From positions 80,166,001 through 80,230,000 of the forward strand of contig OX597825.1 in assembly GCA_951406725.2 (NCBI GenBank): a stretch of DNA of 64,000 nucleotides, given 5' to 3'. Within the stretch, counting starts at the first letter, position 1, and each line of letters opens with the position of its first letter. The position numbers and the translations under genes were made by a program. This DNA is from Octopus vulgaris (lineage: Eukaryota). The notes below the pieces were generated by a model, which saw only the letters and a list, made by a program, of their open reading frames with translations, made no database searches and was not told the origin of the DNA. Shown one piece after another: positions 51,401 through 60,875 of the stretch.

Positions 51401-54397
51401 AGTTAGGAGCAAGAGTGTGTGTGTGTGAGAGAGAGACAGACAGACAGACAGAGGGAGGGAGAGAGACAGACAGAGGAAGAGAGAGAAAGAGAGAGAGAGG
51501 GGCAGAGTAAGAGAGAGAGAGACAAAGGAAGAGAGAGAGAGACAGATGAAGAGAGAGAGAGACTGAGGAAGAGAGAGAAACACATACAGAGGAAGAGAGA
51601 GAGAGAATGTGTGTGCAAGTGTGAGAGAGTAGGTGGAGTGGAGGGTGGATGCTGATGCTCCATCCACACCATCACCACTTGAGTGAAACAGTGCTAATGT
51701 TGACCTGCCATGTCCCCAACATCATAACCAGCCTCCCTGCAACTTTCAAATACTTCTAGAATAAAGAAAGTGAAGGATTTCTTTGGCAACAGAAAGAGCA
51801 TCCAGCTACGGGAATCCTGAAACTTTCTTTTGTTATCTCTTGAAAGACCAATTCTTGCATCAAAAAAAAACTAATGTTAAACAAACAAACAGACAATTGT
51901 GCTCTCGTTTTCAAGTTCTTCAAAGGAGAAAACATGAAACATTAGAACCCTTTTAGCACTCATCTGATCACTCAGCCAAACACAATACTTACTCATTCAC
52001 ACAGTTTGGAATCAATCATACATTATCTCATGGCTTCAAGATTTTAACGATGGGCTTTGTTTACTTTTACAATGACATTGCAGGGTAGGTTTGGGAGGCA
52101 AGATCTGGACGGTTCGAACATAAAACAGGATGGATATTTTGGCCGGATGTGACCGGTTTAAAAGCTAAAGGGATAAAAACCAGATCCCTAATAACATAGC
52201 CATTTTCACATTAATGGTGTTAGGAAGGGCGTCCAGCCATAGAGACCCTGCCAAAACAGACATGGAGCCTGAACAGCCCTTCAGATAGTCAGCTCCTGTC
52301 AAACTGTCCAACCCATACCAGCATGGAAAATGGACGTTAAATGATTGTGGTGATAATCTACATCATCTTTCCTTTTAACACTGGGTCTTCCATGCTGGTA
52401 TGTGCTGAACTGTTTGACAGGATTCAACAGGTTTAGCAGACTGTGACAGCTACGGCTAGGTTTCTACGGTTGGGTGCCCTTCCTAACACTAACCAAGTTA
52501 CCTGAATGTACTAGGTGACTTTTATGTGGCCCCTAACACAAGAGCTTTTTGCAGGGTGTCCAACCATCAGCTTTATTTCAAATACAATGATACCTCACTG
52601 TATGAGTTCAATTCGTTCCATGACCGAGCTCGTCTTACAATTTACTATTTTTCCATATCAATTTGCCCCATTGAAATTAACTAAAATATAATTAATCCAT
52701 TCCAGCCCCCCCCCCCTAAAACCAATCAAAAATAATTTTTTGTGGGTTTTAAAACAGAAACAGTTTAGTTACAAATGAAATGAGAATGCAAAAGAAATCT
52801 GTAAACTGGTTTTTATTAACTGAATTACCTTTAAAGGTGGGGTGATTTGAGTGCTTCTACTACAGATTTCCTCTCATGCTTCAAGACTACAATTCACATG
52901 AGTCTCGGTTCGTACAGCAAATTACTCGTACAATGGTGCACTCGTACTGCAAGGTTCTGCTGTATTAACTCCCATACATTTTTACTTTCCCATTTTACTT
53001 CCATATTTTCCACTGAACCCCCCCCCCCCCCGTGACCTGCCCTCCCTCCCCCACCTACAGAGTTTTCAATTTATGCATTGTACATGATTTTTAATTTACA
53101 AGGCAATCCCTCCTCACACTCCCGCTTTCTCTCTTGTCCTCTCCTCACACTTTTTCTACATTCCACTCATATTATTATCATTGATTTTTCTTCGGTTAGT
53201 TTCGTGCAAATCTCTACTGCACCTGGTGCATGTCTGTGTTCCCCAGGTGTGTTCAGGTGTTCATATTGGTGATTGGGGGAATATAAGCTCTTCCTGTTTG
53301 TTTTGTTGTAGACTTTAGTCTCTTGCAATATTAATTTATGTTCTGTTGGGCTTGGTTTCTGCACAATGTCAGTTGTGCTATTTAATTGAGCTTTAATCTT
53401 GTATAAGTTGCAGGACTCGTGAGATTTTAGATCAGTGTTTCTCAAAGTGGGCAGTATTGCGCAGCCCCCCTTGGGGTTGGGGGGAGTGGGAACTTCCAAG
53501 GGGGTGCTGAAGAAAAGTGGGGCAATGATGGGTTAAGTTTTTATTTGTGAAATACAGTTGCTTTGAATTTGCTTCAGAAAGGGGTCTGTGTTTGTGGTGG
53601 TTAGTTGGGGGGGGGCACTAGGAATGTGCATTTTTAATACTTTTTTAGGAGTAAATAAAATCAGCCTAATTAAGAGAAAAGAAAAGGAAAAAAAAAATTA
53701 ACATCATGAATTTTCCATGAGATCTAAATTATAGTCTTGTAATGTTTGCTCAGCCAACAAAATATTAGGCGTGAATGAAACATGTGCTCCTCTTAATACT
53801 ACAACTGCTGCCACTTGAGGGTGTGTTGTCTTGCCAAGTACTTGGTGACCTTGTCAGTGCTGATGCCATGTAAAAGGCTCTGGTGGTGGTGCTACATAAA
53901 ACGTACCCAGTACACTCTGTAAAGTGGTTGGCATTAGGAAGGGCATCCAGTTGTAGAAACCCTGCCAAAAGAGACAATGGAACCTGGTATGGCTCTTGGC
54001 CTTGCAAGCCCTGGTCAAACCATCCAACCCATTATGGAGGATCGAGATGAATGGGGAAAACGTGTGGAAACAGTGTTGGGGAGTCCTGTGGGACGACCTA
54101 GATAGATAGATAGATAGATAGATTGTTGAGGCAGATTTGTAATGGCCAGACATCCTTCCTGTTGCCCAAACATCACTTGTTTCCAAGCAAGGAGATATTT
54201 CCCCCATGGACAGACATGTTAAAAAAAAACAAACATCATTAATAGAAAATTAAATATGACAAAGAAATAATGGTAAATACTTACTTTTTTGATGCACCCA
54301 GTTTTAGAGGAGAAAAGTTTGGTGGGTTGGAGACAGGACAAGACTGAGAAAGGTCGCTCAGCAGAATATCCAAATCTGTGGCAAAGTTATTTAACAT
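4917..54397 (-). CDS. spri: RIN/sprint-family Ras and Rab interactor (SH2 + VPS9 Rab5 GEF + Ras-association domain), 17 coding exons, ~1307 aa; whole-gene span
   Basis: The hand-spliced exons all have GT-AG borders and consistent phases, giving 3924 nt including the stop. Domain motifs are SH2 (GMFIVRQS), VPS9 (YSPVKKLENLL, TDDFLPMLTYVI, EASYYLSTL) and RA (KTLPIRPNMTTKDVCAMIAHRF...DYGLF...FAYKR). An acceptor sits directly before the first ATG, so at least one further upstream exon is expected. Confidence 0.9.
6594..6668 (-). CDS. spri: RIN/sprint exon 16, RA domain (CAMIAHRFRITNPQDYGLFILLNGQ)
   Basis: tttcag acceptor and gtaaga donor; 75 nt, phase 1/1. Confidence 0.92.
7975..8098 (-). CDS. 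spri: RIN/sprint exon 15, RA domain start (GRLPSISDMQGFLKVAFPDE...KTLPIRPNMTTKDV)
   Basis: tttcag acceptor and gtaagt donor; 124 nt, phase 0/1. Confidence 0.92.
8205..8755 (+). mobile_element. Retroposon family C (LINE/SINE-derived 3' tail ending in (GAT)n, with internal GTGCCGGTGGCACGTAAAAGCACC subrepeats); others at ~5185-5545(-), 15146-15490(-), 18729-19105(+), 26650-27125(+), 33296-33560(-), 48433-48810, 50640-50817(+), 61800-62256(+)
   Basis: Shared TGGTTGGC.TTAGGAAGGGCATCCAGCTGTAGAAAC...CCATGCTAGCATGGAAAGCGGACGTTAAACGATGATG; this family is the source of many spurious track ORFs (LQLDALPNANH). Confidence 0.78.
9373..9695 (+). mobile_element. tRNA-derived SINE
   Basis: TGGCTCAGTGG and GTTCGAATCC boxes, followed by CTTGAGCAAGACACTTTATTTCACGTTGCTCCAG, which is shared with the 23132-23450 SINE. 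Confidence 0.7.
10393..10595 (-). CDS. spri: RIN/sprint exon 14, VPS9 core (DFLPMLTYVIV...EADYMWGLL...EASYYLSTLSSA)
   Basis: tttcag acceptor and gtaagt donor; 203 nt, phase 1/0; lies inside track ORF 10342..10671. Confidence 0.93.
11582..11633 (-). CDS. spri: RIN/sprint exon 13 (LNSQSLDGRGSGSVQTD)
   Basis: ttcatag acceptor and G|gtatgt donor; 52 nt, phase 0/1; supplies the first Asp of the DDFLP motif. Confidence 0.85.
13722..13853 (-). CDS. spri: RIN/sprint exon 12, VPS9 domain (…IKLAYSPVKKLENLLAAAYCITNC)
   Basis: cctag acceptor and gtaagt donor; 132 nt; YSP..K motif of VPS9 domains. Confidence 0.9.
13949..14139. repeat. Inverted repeat (~90-bp arms, very short spacer), probably an inverted retroelement 3' end
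   Basis: ATTCTGTTTGTGTCTGG...AATTTCCACTTATTT mirrored by AAATGAGTGGAAATT...CCAGACACAAACAGAAT. Confidence 0.8.
14686..14761 (-). CDS. spri: RIN/sprint exon 11 (NGSVETLYKNIVYARTRPLSDLGLR)
   Basis: ttacag acceptor and gtaagt donor; 76 nt, phase 2/0. Confidence 0.88.
16094..16209 (-). CDS. spri: RIN/sprint exon 10 (LGANEILNIDAIIESSLHESVILPLKKHIYQLL...)
   Basis: ttccag acceptor and gtaagt donor; 116 nt, phase 0/2. Confidence 0.9.
17608..18010 (+). mobile_element. Abundant tRNA-derived SINE (family A); other copies at ~2413-2823(-), 12461-12740(+), 13023-13381(-), 22341-22745(+), 24010-24385(-), 34180-34570(+), 37032-37377(-), 46925-47320(+), 62310-62692(-)
   Basis: Head GGCTGTGTGGTAAGTAGCTTGC...GGGTTCAGTCCC, central (TA)/(TG) tract, tail GTCAAATGACTGAAACAAGTAAAAGAG; more than 10 copies in the window. 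Confidence 0.85.
18203..18292 (-). CDS. spri: RIN/sprint exon 9 (VRQFMTGMKNYLFHNNQKGLDTLIKRESSR)
   Basis: ttttaag acceptor and gtgagt donor; 90 nt; RQFM.GMKNYL motif of the RIN family. Confidence 0.9.
19759..20030. repeat. ~150-bp tandem repeat (2 units; a third resumes at ~21993)
   Basis: GCAGTAAAAATAG..GGGGTCA.TG.GGCCCCATT...GGCCCTTCAGAAATTGAACCTCC repeated. Confidence 0.7.
20559..20822. repeat. ~105-bp tandem repeat, 2.5 units
   Basis: ATAAGACAGTAAGGTGTGATTTG.GG.A.ATTTGGCTGCT.TTTCTACCA occurs three times. Confidence 0.8.
21187..21502. mobile_element. Penelope-like fold-back element carrying a G3-C8 variant hammerhead
   Basis: ~120-bp inverted arms (21187-~21305 and 21327-21445) with a ~21-nt spacer; related copy at 41897-42160. 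Confidence 0.7.
21265..21315 (-). ncRNA. Hammerhead ribozyme motif with swapped 3-8 pair (core GUGAACA)
   Basis: UUUGUCA GUGAACA U GUCGC-GGUCUCAAA-GCGAC GAAA AUAU UU UGGCAAA: 7-bp stem I, 5-bp stem II, palindromic AAUAUU stem III. Confidence 0.65.
21610..21992 (+). mobile_element. Non-autonomous Helitron
   Basis: 5' A|TCTTTATATATAAAA, subterminal GC hairpin CCCGAGCAACGCCGGG, 3' CTAG|T, no TSD. Confidence 0.85.
22787..22886 (-). CDS. spri: RIN/sprint exon 8, RIN-homology helical region (LAASPDTFGLQIQHFVECTKES...VMSN)
   Basis: ctccag acceptor and gtatgt donor; 100 nt, phase 2/0. Confidence 0.88.
23132..23450 (-). mobile_element. Young full-length tRNA-derived SINE inserted into an older repeat
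   Basis: A box TGGCTTAGTGG, B box GAGTTCGATTCC, CpG-rich body; flanking direct repeat GCCCTTCCT (23123-23131 and 23451-23459). Confidence 0.82.
24468..24534 (-). CDS. spri: RIN/sprint exon 7 (DKHLQLTLNKSPGMNLKEYVL)
   Basis: tttcag acceptor and gtgagt donor; 67 nt, phase 1/2. Confidence 0.82.
27400..27887 (-). mobile_element. tRNA-headed, hammerhead-tailed retroposon with an inverted partial copy (Penelope-like insertion structure)
   Basis: 12-bp TSD AGGATTCAACAA (27388-27399 and 27888-27899). On the - strand: tRNA-like head ~27630-27712, then (TAA)n, then a tail containing the hammerhead. An inverted tail copy occupies ~27748-27887. Confidence 0.8.
27480..27525 (-). ncRNA. Minimal type I hammerhead ribozyme motif, intact core
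   Basis: AACAC CUGAUGA A GGUUG-loop-CAGCC GAAA CG UU GUGUU: 5-bp stem I, 5-bp stem II, palindromic ACGU stem III. Confidence 0.8.
29384..31534 (-). CDS. spri: RIN/sprint exon 6, 2151-nt exon encoding a Ser-rich, probably disordered linker (FWTSDIMKK...LSPNEP)
   Basis: ttcag acceptor at 31535-31537 and C|gtaagt donor at 29383; lies in the frame of track ORF 29262..31514; phase 1/1. Confidence 0.9.
31845..32127. mobile_element. hAT-type MITE with an internal (TG)n(TA)n microsatellite
   Basis: TIRs CAGTGGTTCCCAAC / GTTGGAGACCACTG; 8-bp TSD ATGTATAC / ATATATAC (7 of 8 match). Confidence 0.75.
32183..32440 (-). mobile_element. Second copy of the tRNA-head/hammerhead element, with internal deletion and inverted tail
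   Basis: Hammerhead at 32213-32258 (-): GGCAC CUGAUGA A GGCUG...CAGCU GAAA CA UU GUGUU. The tRNA-like head is at ~32283-32340 and the inverted tail at ~32346-32440. Confidence 0.72.
32462..32553 (-). CDS. spri: RIN/sprint exon 5 (EDLPQLLVLPEPILKAETSQQLTSLALLGQ)
   Basis: tttcaag acceptor and gtaaag donor; 92 nt, phase 2/1; RIN post-SH2 motif LP..L.LP..I...L..L..LG-(F)W. Confidence 0.88.
32882..33096. mobile_element. piggyBac-like MITE (family 1); related copies at ~28490-28635, ~28778-28990, ~47685-47850, ~47930-48152
   Basis: TTAA|CCCTTT...AAAGGG|TTAA ends. Confidence 0.8.
34713..34897 (-). CDS. spri: RIN/sprint exon 4, SH2 core (MFIVRQSTQKNSMALSV...EHYLI...FSNVPELIFNYC)
   Basis: acag acceptor and gtaagt donor; 185 nt; FLVRES-like SH2 signature. 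Confidence 0.92.
36699..36836 (-). CDS. spri: RIN/sprint exon 3, start of SH2 region (IIPISIEQ...FWERLEKSRSIWCLPDIGRIGAVHLLKDGIPG)
   Basis: acag acceptor and gtaaga donor; 138 nt; matches the RIN pre-SH2 pattern (ERL...W...A.HLL...PG). Confidence 0.9.
38469..38784 (+). mobile_element. Third copy of the tRNA-head/hammerhead element, with upstream inverted fragment
   Basis: Inverted fragment 38469-38559; tRNA-like head 38562-38634 (A box TGGTGTGGTGG, B box GTTCAATTCC); hammerhead 38697-38742 with GAAA changed to UAAA; interrupts a SINE. Confidence 0.75.
39177..39320. repeat. (GTGA)n/(GT)n compound microsatellite
   Basis: Direct read. Confidence 0.9.
39959..40376 (+). mobile_element. tRNA-derived SINE (family B), two copies in tandem; others at ~5794-6010(-), 7470-7850(-), 9879-10087(-), 25092-25325(-), 35650-36305(-), 56350-56570(-)
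   Basis: GAGCTGGCAGAAACGTTAGC...GAGTTCAAA...GCCTTTCATCCTTTCGGGGTCGAT...AAGTACCAGT...CTGGGGTCGAT, recurring many times. Confidence 0.82.
41897..42160. mobile_element. Second copy of the fold-back element with the G3-C8 hammerhead
   Basis: Same sequence family as 21187-21502. The motif at 42032-42082 (-) keeps GUGAACA and GAAAAUAUUU but stem II is degraded. The inverted arm (~42090-42160) is truncated at a different point. Confidence 0.68.
44303..44378 (-). CDS. spri: RIN/sprint exon 2 (DISHLQETHYDHCPNITEISSSNCR), phase 2/0
   Basis: Polypyrimidine tract with ccag acceptor and AGG|gtaagc donor; 76 nt bridges phase 2 to phase 0. Confidence 0.65.
45081..45132 (-). ncRNA. Hammerhead-like motif (core CCGAUGA) in a probable Penelope-like remnant
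   Basis: GUCU CCGAUGA A GGGAUAU-loop-AUAUCUU G GAAA CAGCUG UA AGAC; palindromic ACAGCUGU stem III; U4 replaced by C. Confidence 0.5.
45540..45860. repeat. Inverted repeat, ~103-bp arms (45540-45642 and 45758-45860)
   Basis: TAAGCAACAGGATATCAAG...GTGCTATCTT mirrored by AAGATAGCAC...CTTGATATCCTGTTGCTTA. Confidence 0.8.
49842..50055. mobile_element. piggyBac-like MITE (family 2); related copies at ~5087-5682 and ~43648-44058 (both interrupted) and ~51945-52175
   Basis: TTAA|CCCTTTTAGCATT...AATGCTAAAGGG|TTAA. Confidence 0.8.
52585..52962. mobile_element. Tigger/pogo-like (Tc1-mariner) MITE; fragments also at ~10775-10850 and ~17225-17342
   Basis: TA flanks at both ends; degenerate TIRs CAATGATACCTC / AAGGTTCTGCTG. 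Confidence 0.55.
54285..54397 (-). CDS. spri: RIN/sprint exon 1 of 17 (MLNNFATDLDILLSDL...), phase 0/2
   Basis: tttcag|ATG acceptor and AA|gtaagt donor; 113 nt open; the phase joins the next exon. Confidence 0.7.
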
Positions 54398-57300
54398 CTG
54401 AAAGAAAAAAAGAGAAAAATTTGAATTCATTTTGGAGTTTTTATTCCTTAAAAATTTATTTAAATCAATTTACATTTATTCTGTAGATTTTGTTCAGATC
54501 AAGAAAACCACAGTTGATACAAGTAAAATGTATTTTGACTATAGAACAGGGATTGGTAATCTCAATGGGGCCACAAATGGACCACTGAAGTATTCTTGGT
54601 GAGCCTCAGATCTTTTATTTGAATTTAATATATTTTTTTAAAGAAAATTGTTTTTTTCCATTTCTTTTAGTCAGGAGGGAAATAGTATCCATGACTACTC
54701 ACAGAACCTCCAAGACCAGAGGGAGGTACTTTCCAACTGGCGATCCAACCTGAATATTAAGCAACAGAATAAACTTTGATAAAATCACCTGAGGACCAGC
54801 AGGTGATACCAAACTGGGCAATGGATCATGTCTACCACCCAAGCAGACTGTGGCCGAAGGATGGAAGATAAAGTTGATTTCTACAGGAATTAAACTCTGC
54901 ATAGACTCAGAATGAACACAAGAGATTCTCTTCTAATCACTGGACCAATTTGCTGTCTTAAATAATTTTCAAGTTTGAGCACAAGGCCGGTAATTTTAGT
55001 GGGAAGACAATACTCAATTACATCAACCGTAGTATTTAACTGGTACTTATTTTGTTGAACCTGGAAGGATGAAAGGCTAAGTTGATATGAAAAGTATTTG
55101 AACTTAGACAATGAAGGACTGGAAGAAATGCTGCTGAGCTTCTAATATAAACACAAGGGCCAGAGATTTGAGATGAGGGAACTAGGAATTGGCTAGTTAA
55201 AACTGACCCCAGTTCTTTAAGGACACTGTATATCATAAACCCCAGAAAGATGAAAGGCAATGTTTAAATACCTCAGTGGGATTTGAACTCAGACTGTGAA
55301 GAACCATGACTAAATAGTGCAAGTCATGGTGTCCAATTCTTTGCCGATTCTGTAAATACCATTATCTCATCAGAAGTACCACCCAAACAGAGTAAATATG
55401 TCAGAGCGGCGGCGGCAAACATGTCTTTACATAAAGTCTTTTCATTCTTTAACCTTCATTAACTTGACTCGTGGTGACTAAAACATAATCTTACTTTAAT
55501 CCATATAAATGTTATGAAACCCATTTTAAGCCCCACCCCCTGCCGCTAATCTAATCATCCCACGTTCCACGATGACGTTCAACAGAACTGCATTTTCAAT
55601 TATGGTGCATCGTTCTTCCCACACACGCAGCTGCGATGCCCTGAAAGAAACCCGTGTTTGTTTATCTTCCTTCATTCTTAGTAACCTTCAGTTGTTCAAG
55701 ACTTTTGGTAAACAAATAAGTTTCTGTCAACAGACTCGTTGTCAATACCACAGACCACATGTTGATGATGCAAACAAATGATGGAGTGGCAATGCAGGCT
55801 CACACGCAAACCCACAGTGACGACATTTTCCTGGAATTAGTCAGGTTTTTTTTTGTTTTTTTGTTTTTTCAAGTAACATCATTTAACGTCCGTTTTCCAT
55901 GCTGGCATGGGTCGGATGGTTTGGCAGGAGCTGGTAAGGCCAGGAGCAGCACCAGGTTCCATTGTCTGTTTTGGCAGGGTTTCTACAAACTAATGCCAAC
56001 CACTTTATAGAGGGTACAGGGGAGCTTTTTACGTGGCACCAGCACCATTACTTTTTATGTGGCACAAGCAGCATTGCTTTTTACGAGGCACCAATATTTC
56101 TTCATACAAACAAAAAACCTGATAAACACAATAAAAGATATAATATTCTCTAGATTAAACAAAATGCCATCAGTTTTGAGGGGAGGGGGTAGCGGTTACC
56201 AGTGACCCTAGTACTTGAGTGCTATTTTATTTTATCAAGGATGAAAGGAAAAGATGACTGAGGCTCAGAAGGCATATGTGATGGAACGAATACCATCAAG
56301 ACATTTTGCCCGATGCTCTAATGATTCTGCCTATCTCCTGCGATAAATAGTCCTTTCTACTAAAGGCACAAGGCCGGAAATTTTAGGGAAGGGGGCTAGT
56401 CGGTTACATTGACCCCAATGTTTCACTGGTACTCAATTTATCAACCCCGAAAGGATAAAAGGCAAAGTCAACCTCGGTGGAATTTGAACTCAGAACATAT
56501 AGACAGATGAAATGCTGTTAAGCATTTGGCCTGCGATGCTAACGATTCTGCCACCAATTTGTTGCCTTATATTGCAATTAGTAATAGAAACATTTTGTAG
56601 GAGAAGCGGGGGTGGGGGGTGAAAAAACAAAATGTAGAACAAAATGCAAAGATTTTCCAAACAATGCCGAGTGTCTCTAACATTGGAAATGTTGTTTGAG
56701 TGACGAAATACACCATATTTGGTTAGACAGCAGACCGCAGAGAAGTGACATTGGGGGGAGGAGTTGAGAGTGGGGGGGAGGTGTTGAGAGTGGGGGTGTG
56801 TGAAGAAGAGACATGCACAGGTTCTTCTATTAGTAAGGCTGGAAATACAAGTCTTATAATATTGTCCCCCCCTCTCTCTCTCTCTCTCTGCTTTTGTTTG
56901 TATTCTTATTTGCTGCTGACTTCATGAAATTCAAACAAGTCATGAAACAGTCCCATAATTTAAACAACAGGACTTTTTTTTTCTTTTTCAGATTTTAATG
57001 AAAAAAAAAAATCATGGAATATATAAAAAAAAAAATAAAACATTGGAGTTATTTAAATTTTGTTTCAGCAACAGACAGTCTCTCACCTTACTCATGTCTC
57101 CCCCAATGCAGCCATTCCTGGTCCTTATTTGGCCATTACAATCACTTCTATCCGACCCCCACCTCACACCTTCTCTGTCGTTGTTGCCTTGAGTCAATCA
57201 ACACATTGTGGAGTAACAAAGACTCCACAACATGACCCCAGCGTTGAGTACTTTTTTATAAAGTGGTCAGTGAACAATCAATGATGATGTGGTTCAAGAG

Positions 57301-58117
57301 AGCCCTTTGTTGTGTCAAGGGTCTGGCAACCCCTCAAGTGCTGGTGCCATGATTGCTTTCAGTTGAGCAACCATGCCAAAAAGGGAAACCTACAAAGGAG
57401 CTGTGGTCCCCTCATCCATCTTGGAGGGCAAAAACTCTGTATAAGAACTGACTTGGAGTGTAAACAAGCCATCCAAGCTATGTCAGCATGGAAAGCACAT
57501 CTATAACAAAGTGTGTGTGTGTGTGTGTGTATAAAATACAAAATGGGACAAGAATGCAAAACATCCGGACAGCTAGGTGATACAAAAAGGGACAATAAAA
57601 CATGCAGATAGACGATACAAAGAAGGCAAGGACGGGTCATTCGAAGTTTTCTTTCCTCAGTCAAGCACCAGATTATCCTTATATATATATATATATATAC
57701 CATTGTCATCATTTAGCATCTGCCTTCCATGTAGGTATGGGTGGGACTGTTTGACAGGAGCCGGCCAGGCAGAAGCCTGCACCGGACTTCTGTGTCTGTT
57801 TTAGCAGGATTTTTACAGCTGGATGCTCTTCCTAACACTGACCACTCAGCAGAGTGGACTCAGTGCTTTTTATGTGTCAAATGCACAGGCAAGGTCAGTT
57901 TTGGCAAGGTCTTTACAGCTGGATGCCCTTCCAAACACCAACCACTTTACAGTGTGGACTGGGTGCTTTTTAAGTGGCACCTGCACTGACAGGGTCACCA
58001 AGTACTCTGCAAGACAAAAAATCTTTTGAGAGGAGGGGGGGATTGCAGGAGGTTACCTTTTGTTGGATGATGAAAAGATTATAGTGAGACAGAAACAGGT
58101 AAGGTTAACTGGCACAG

Positions 58118-58120
<3 letters not shown>

Positions 58121-58213
<93 letters not shown>
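58121..58213. repeat. (AG)n microsatellite
   Basis: Direct read. Confidence 0.95.
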
Positions 58214-58215
<2 letters not shown>

Positions 58216-59263
58216 TGCTGCCGCAAAGGAGATGCATGATATATGATCGGAGTGGTTGCATCCAGCCATAGAAACCAAGCAAAAATCAGACTGGAGCCTG
58301 GTACAGCTATCTAGCTCACCAGATCCAGTCAACCCATGCCAGTATGGAAAACAGATGCTAGATGATGATGATGATGATGTATAACTCATAATTATTTCAA
58401 GTGTCCTCTTTTCCATGTTTGCAGAGGTTGGATGGAATTTGTTGAAGCAGACTTCCTACGGCCGGGTGCCCTTCCTGCTGCTGACCCTCACATGTTTCTA
58501 GCTGAACTAATACTTCTCCATGGTGAAGCATAGCTTCACAGAAGACCAAAGGGGGAGCAGGGGCATCAACTGGTTGCCAGTGGATACTTCTCTTACAACT
58601 GTCATGTGATACGAAGATAAGGAGACACAAAGACACACTTGGTCAACCTGGGGGCCATAGTAGAAACCACTTGCTCAATGTCTGGTCAGTGGGATTGAAC
58701 TTGAAACCACGTGACTGGGAAGCAAACTTCTTAACCACAAAACCATGCCTAGAGACAGAGGTGGGGAGGGAGTGCCTTGACAGTCATTCATCTAGAGTTT
58801 ATACAATGAGTACCAGGCATATACTTGGGTCTAACGAAACTAGGTCATCTGGTACCAAACTAGGGCAGCATCAACGTTAAAGATGTCAATTCTATAGAGA
58901 CAAACAAAAAGAGAAAAAAGCATATAAATAATTTGATTCTCTTTCTCTTCTTCCTATTAAAGGTTTTTGTTCTTGTATATAAACAAGGATGGTCATATGA
59001 ATTATTTAACATTGCGTGCGCACAGGTGGGGGGAGGAGTGCATGTGTGTGGGCTTGGTTGTGTGGTTAGCAAGATTGCTACACAACCATTTGGCCCTGGG
59101 TTACCAATGTGCACCACTTTGGACTAGTATCAACTACTTTTCTACCAAAGCAATAATATTGGTAGAAGGGTAGGCACTGGTATTTGGGAGTTGGTTAATC
59201 TATAACAGGCTGAGTCCATACTTTGTGGGTGGAATCCAGGAGAGAGTAACGGTGCAGAAGCCC

Positions 59264-59311
<48 letters not shown>

Positions 59312-59806
59312 GTGTGTGTGTGTGTCGTTGCTATTATGCAAAGGGTTGTAAGTCCAAAACGTTGCTTTTTCATAAAATGAAAAAATAGTTTCACCATTCC
59401 ATAGCAAAACGTTGTACGACACTTTGACAATTTTCTTATCTTGGCATCTGAAGCAGCTGGAGATACAATAGTTTAACCAAAAGAACCGGCTATTGCAAGC
59501 AAAAATAAATATTGAAAAAATGCATTTGGCCAAATTTGGACATTCGACAGTTTAACATAATAACGATATATATATATATATATATATCCAATTAAAGAGA
59601 ATTTAAAAACTGAAGCAGTTTCGTCTGTCTGAGTGTCTATCCATCCATCTGTGTGTGCATGCGTGCGTGTGTGTGTGGAAAAAATTTCCACAATATGACG
59701 AGAAATATGACAAAATAGAAAATGTCTAAGGAAAAGGAAAAGCAAAGAGAGAAACGGATGTAAACATGGAGATCCATTTGTCAGCTCTCAACTGGATATC
59801 AATGAG

Positions 59807-59809
<3 letters not shown>

Positions 59810-59886
<77 letters not shown>

Positions 59887-59900
59887 GGAGAGGGAGAGAA
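59810..59900. repeat. (GA)n microsatellite
   Basis: Direct read. Confidence 0.95.
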
Positions 59901-60875
59901 GATAAATGACATTGTTAGTTTTTTTTACAATGGAGCTGGAGTGAAGCGAAATGGTTTGACAACAACAATAGTAATGCCCAAATAATTAAAATTCAGTGAA
60001 CATGGCTATCAATCATGTCGAATGTGAGTGTTTAAAACAATGAGGAAGTAAGGGGTGGGGTAACAAAGCCATAGAAAGATGAAGAGATAAAAAGAAAAAG
60101 AACCATTTTCATTTCATGCAATTAAATTGTCACTGAGTTACATAAAGGAAATATTGTACAACTTTATATCACCTCGTGTGTACGTATGATGCATGTGGTG
60201 TATGTATGAGTGTGTGAGTGTATGTATGCATGTATGTATGTGTGTGTGTGTGTATGTATGTACGTGAGTAAATATGTAATGTATAGCATGAGTGTGTGTA
60301 GATGCAGCCATGTGATTTAGAGTTCCACATTAATTTTCTATTCTACAAAGAGTGGGATGTGTTTTTCTAAACATGTCTATTCACATATTGTTCCTTGGTC
60401 AACATTTGTTTCATTTAACAGTCAACATTTAACATCCGTTTTCCATCCTGGCCTGGGTTTGACAGGAGCTGGCAACACCAGGAGCCACACCAGGTTCCTT
60501 CGTCTGTTTTATCATGGTTTCTATAGCTGGATACCCTTCCTAACACCACCCACTTTACAGAGTATACTGGGTGCTTTCTATGTAGCACCAGCACCAGTGC
60601 TTTTCACATGTGGCACCATCACTAGTGCCCCAGCATGGGCAAGCATTACTAAGGTGGTTTGAGGATATTTTTGCAGCTGAAGTTCTTTCTACAATTAACA
60701 GGAATCTGCTCTCAACTAGGGGCAACAGTTCTGGAACCCAACAAACACCAGTCCCCCCCCCAGCCCCAATTTTTTACCATCCTTCCACTGTTCCTTCTTT
60801 ATTGATGGAAAAACAAAAAGTTTTCCAAATTACTATTTGTAAATCTCATGAGAGATATTCAGCCATAGTACTTCA

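Noticed and set aside
51386-51678. Low-complexity SL/ER-rich ORFs (also 38893-39400, 43023-43376 and 58079-58416)
   Set aside because: Translations of GA/GT microsatellites.
54699-54902. Upstream coding exon of RIN using the GTGAGT donor near 54701
   Set aside because: The ORF frame ends in phase 2, which is incompatible with the phase-0 exon at 54397, and part of it is SINE-derived. It could at most be a UTR exon.
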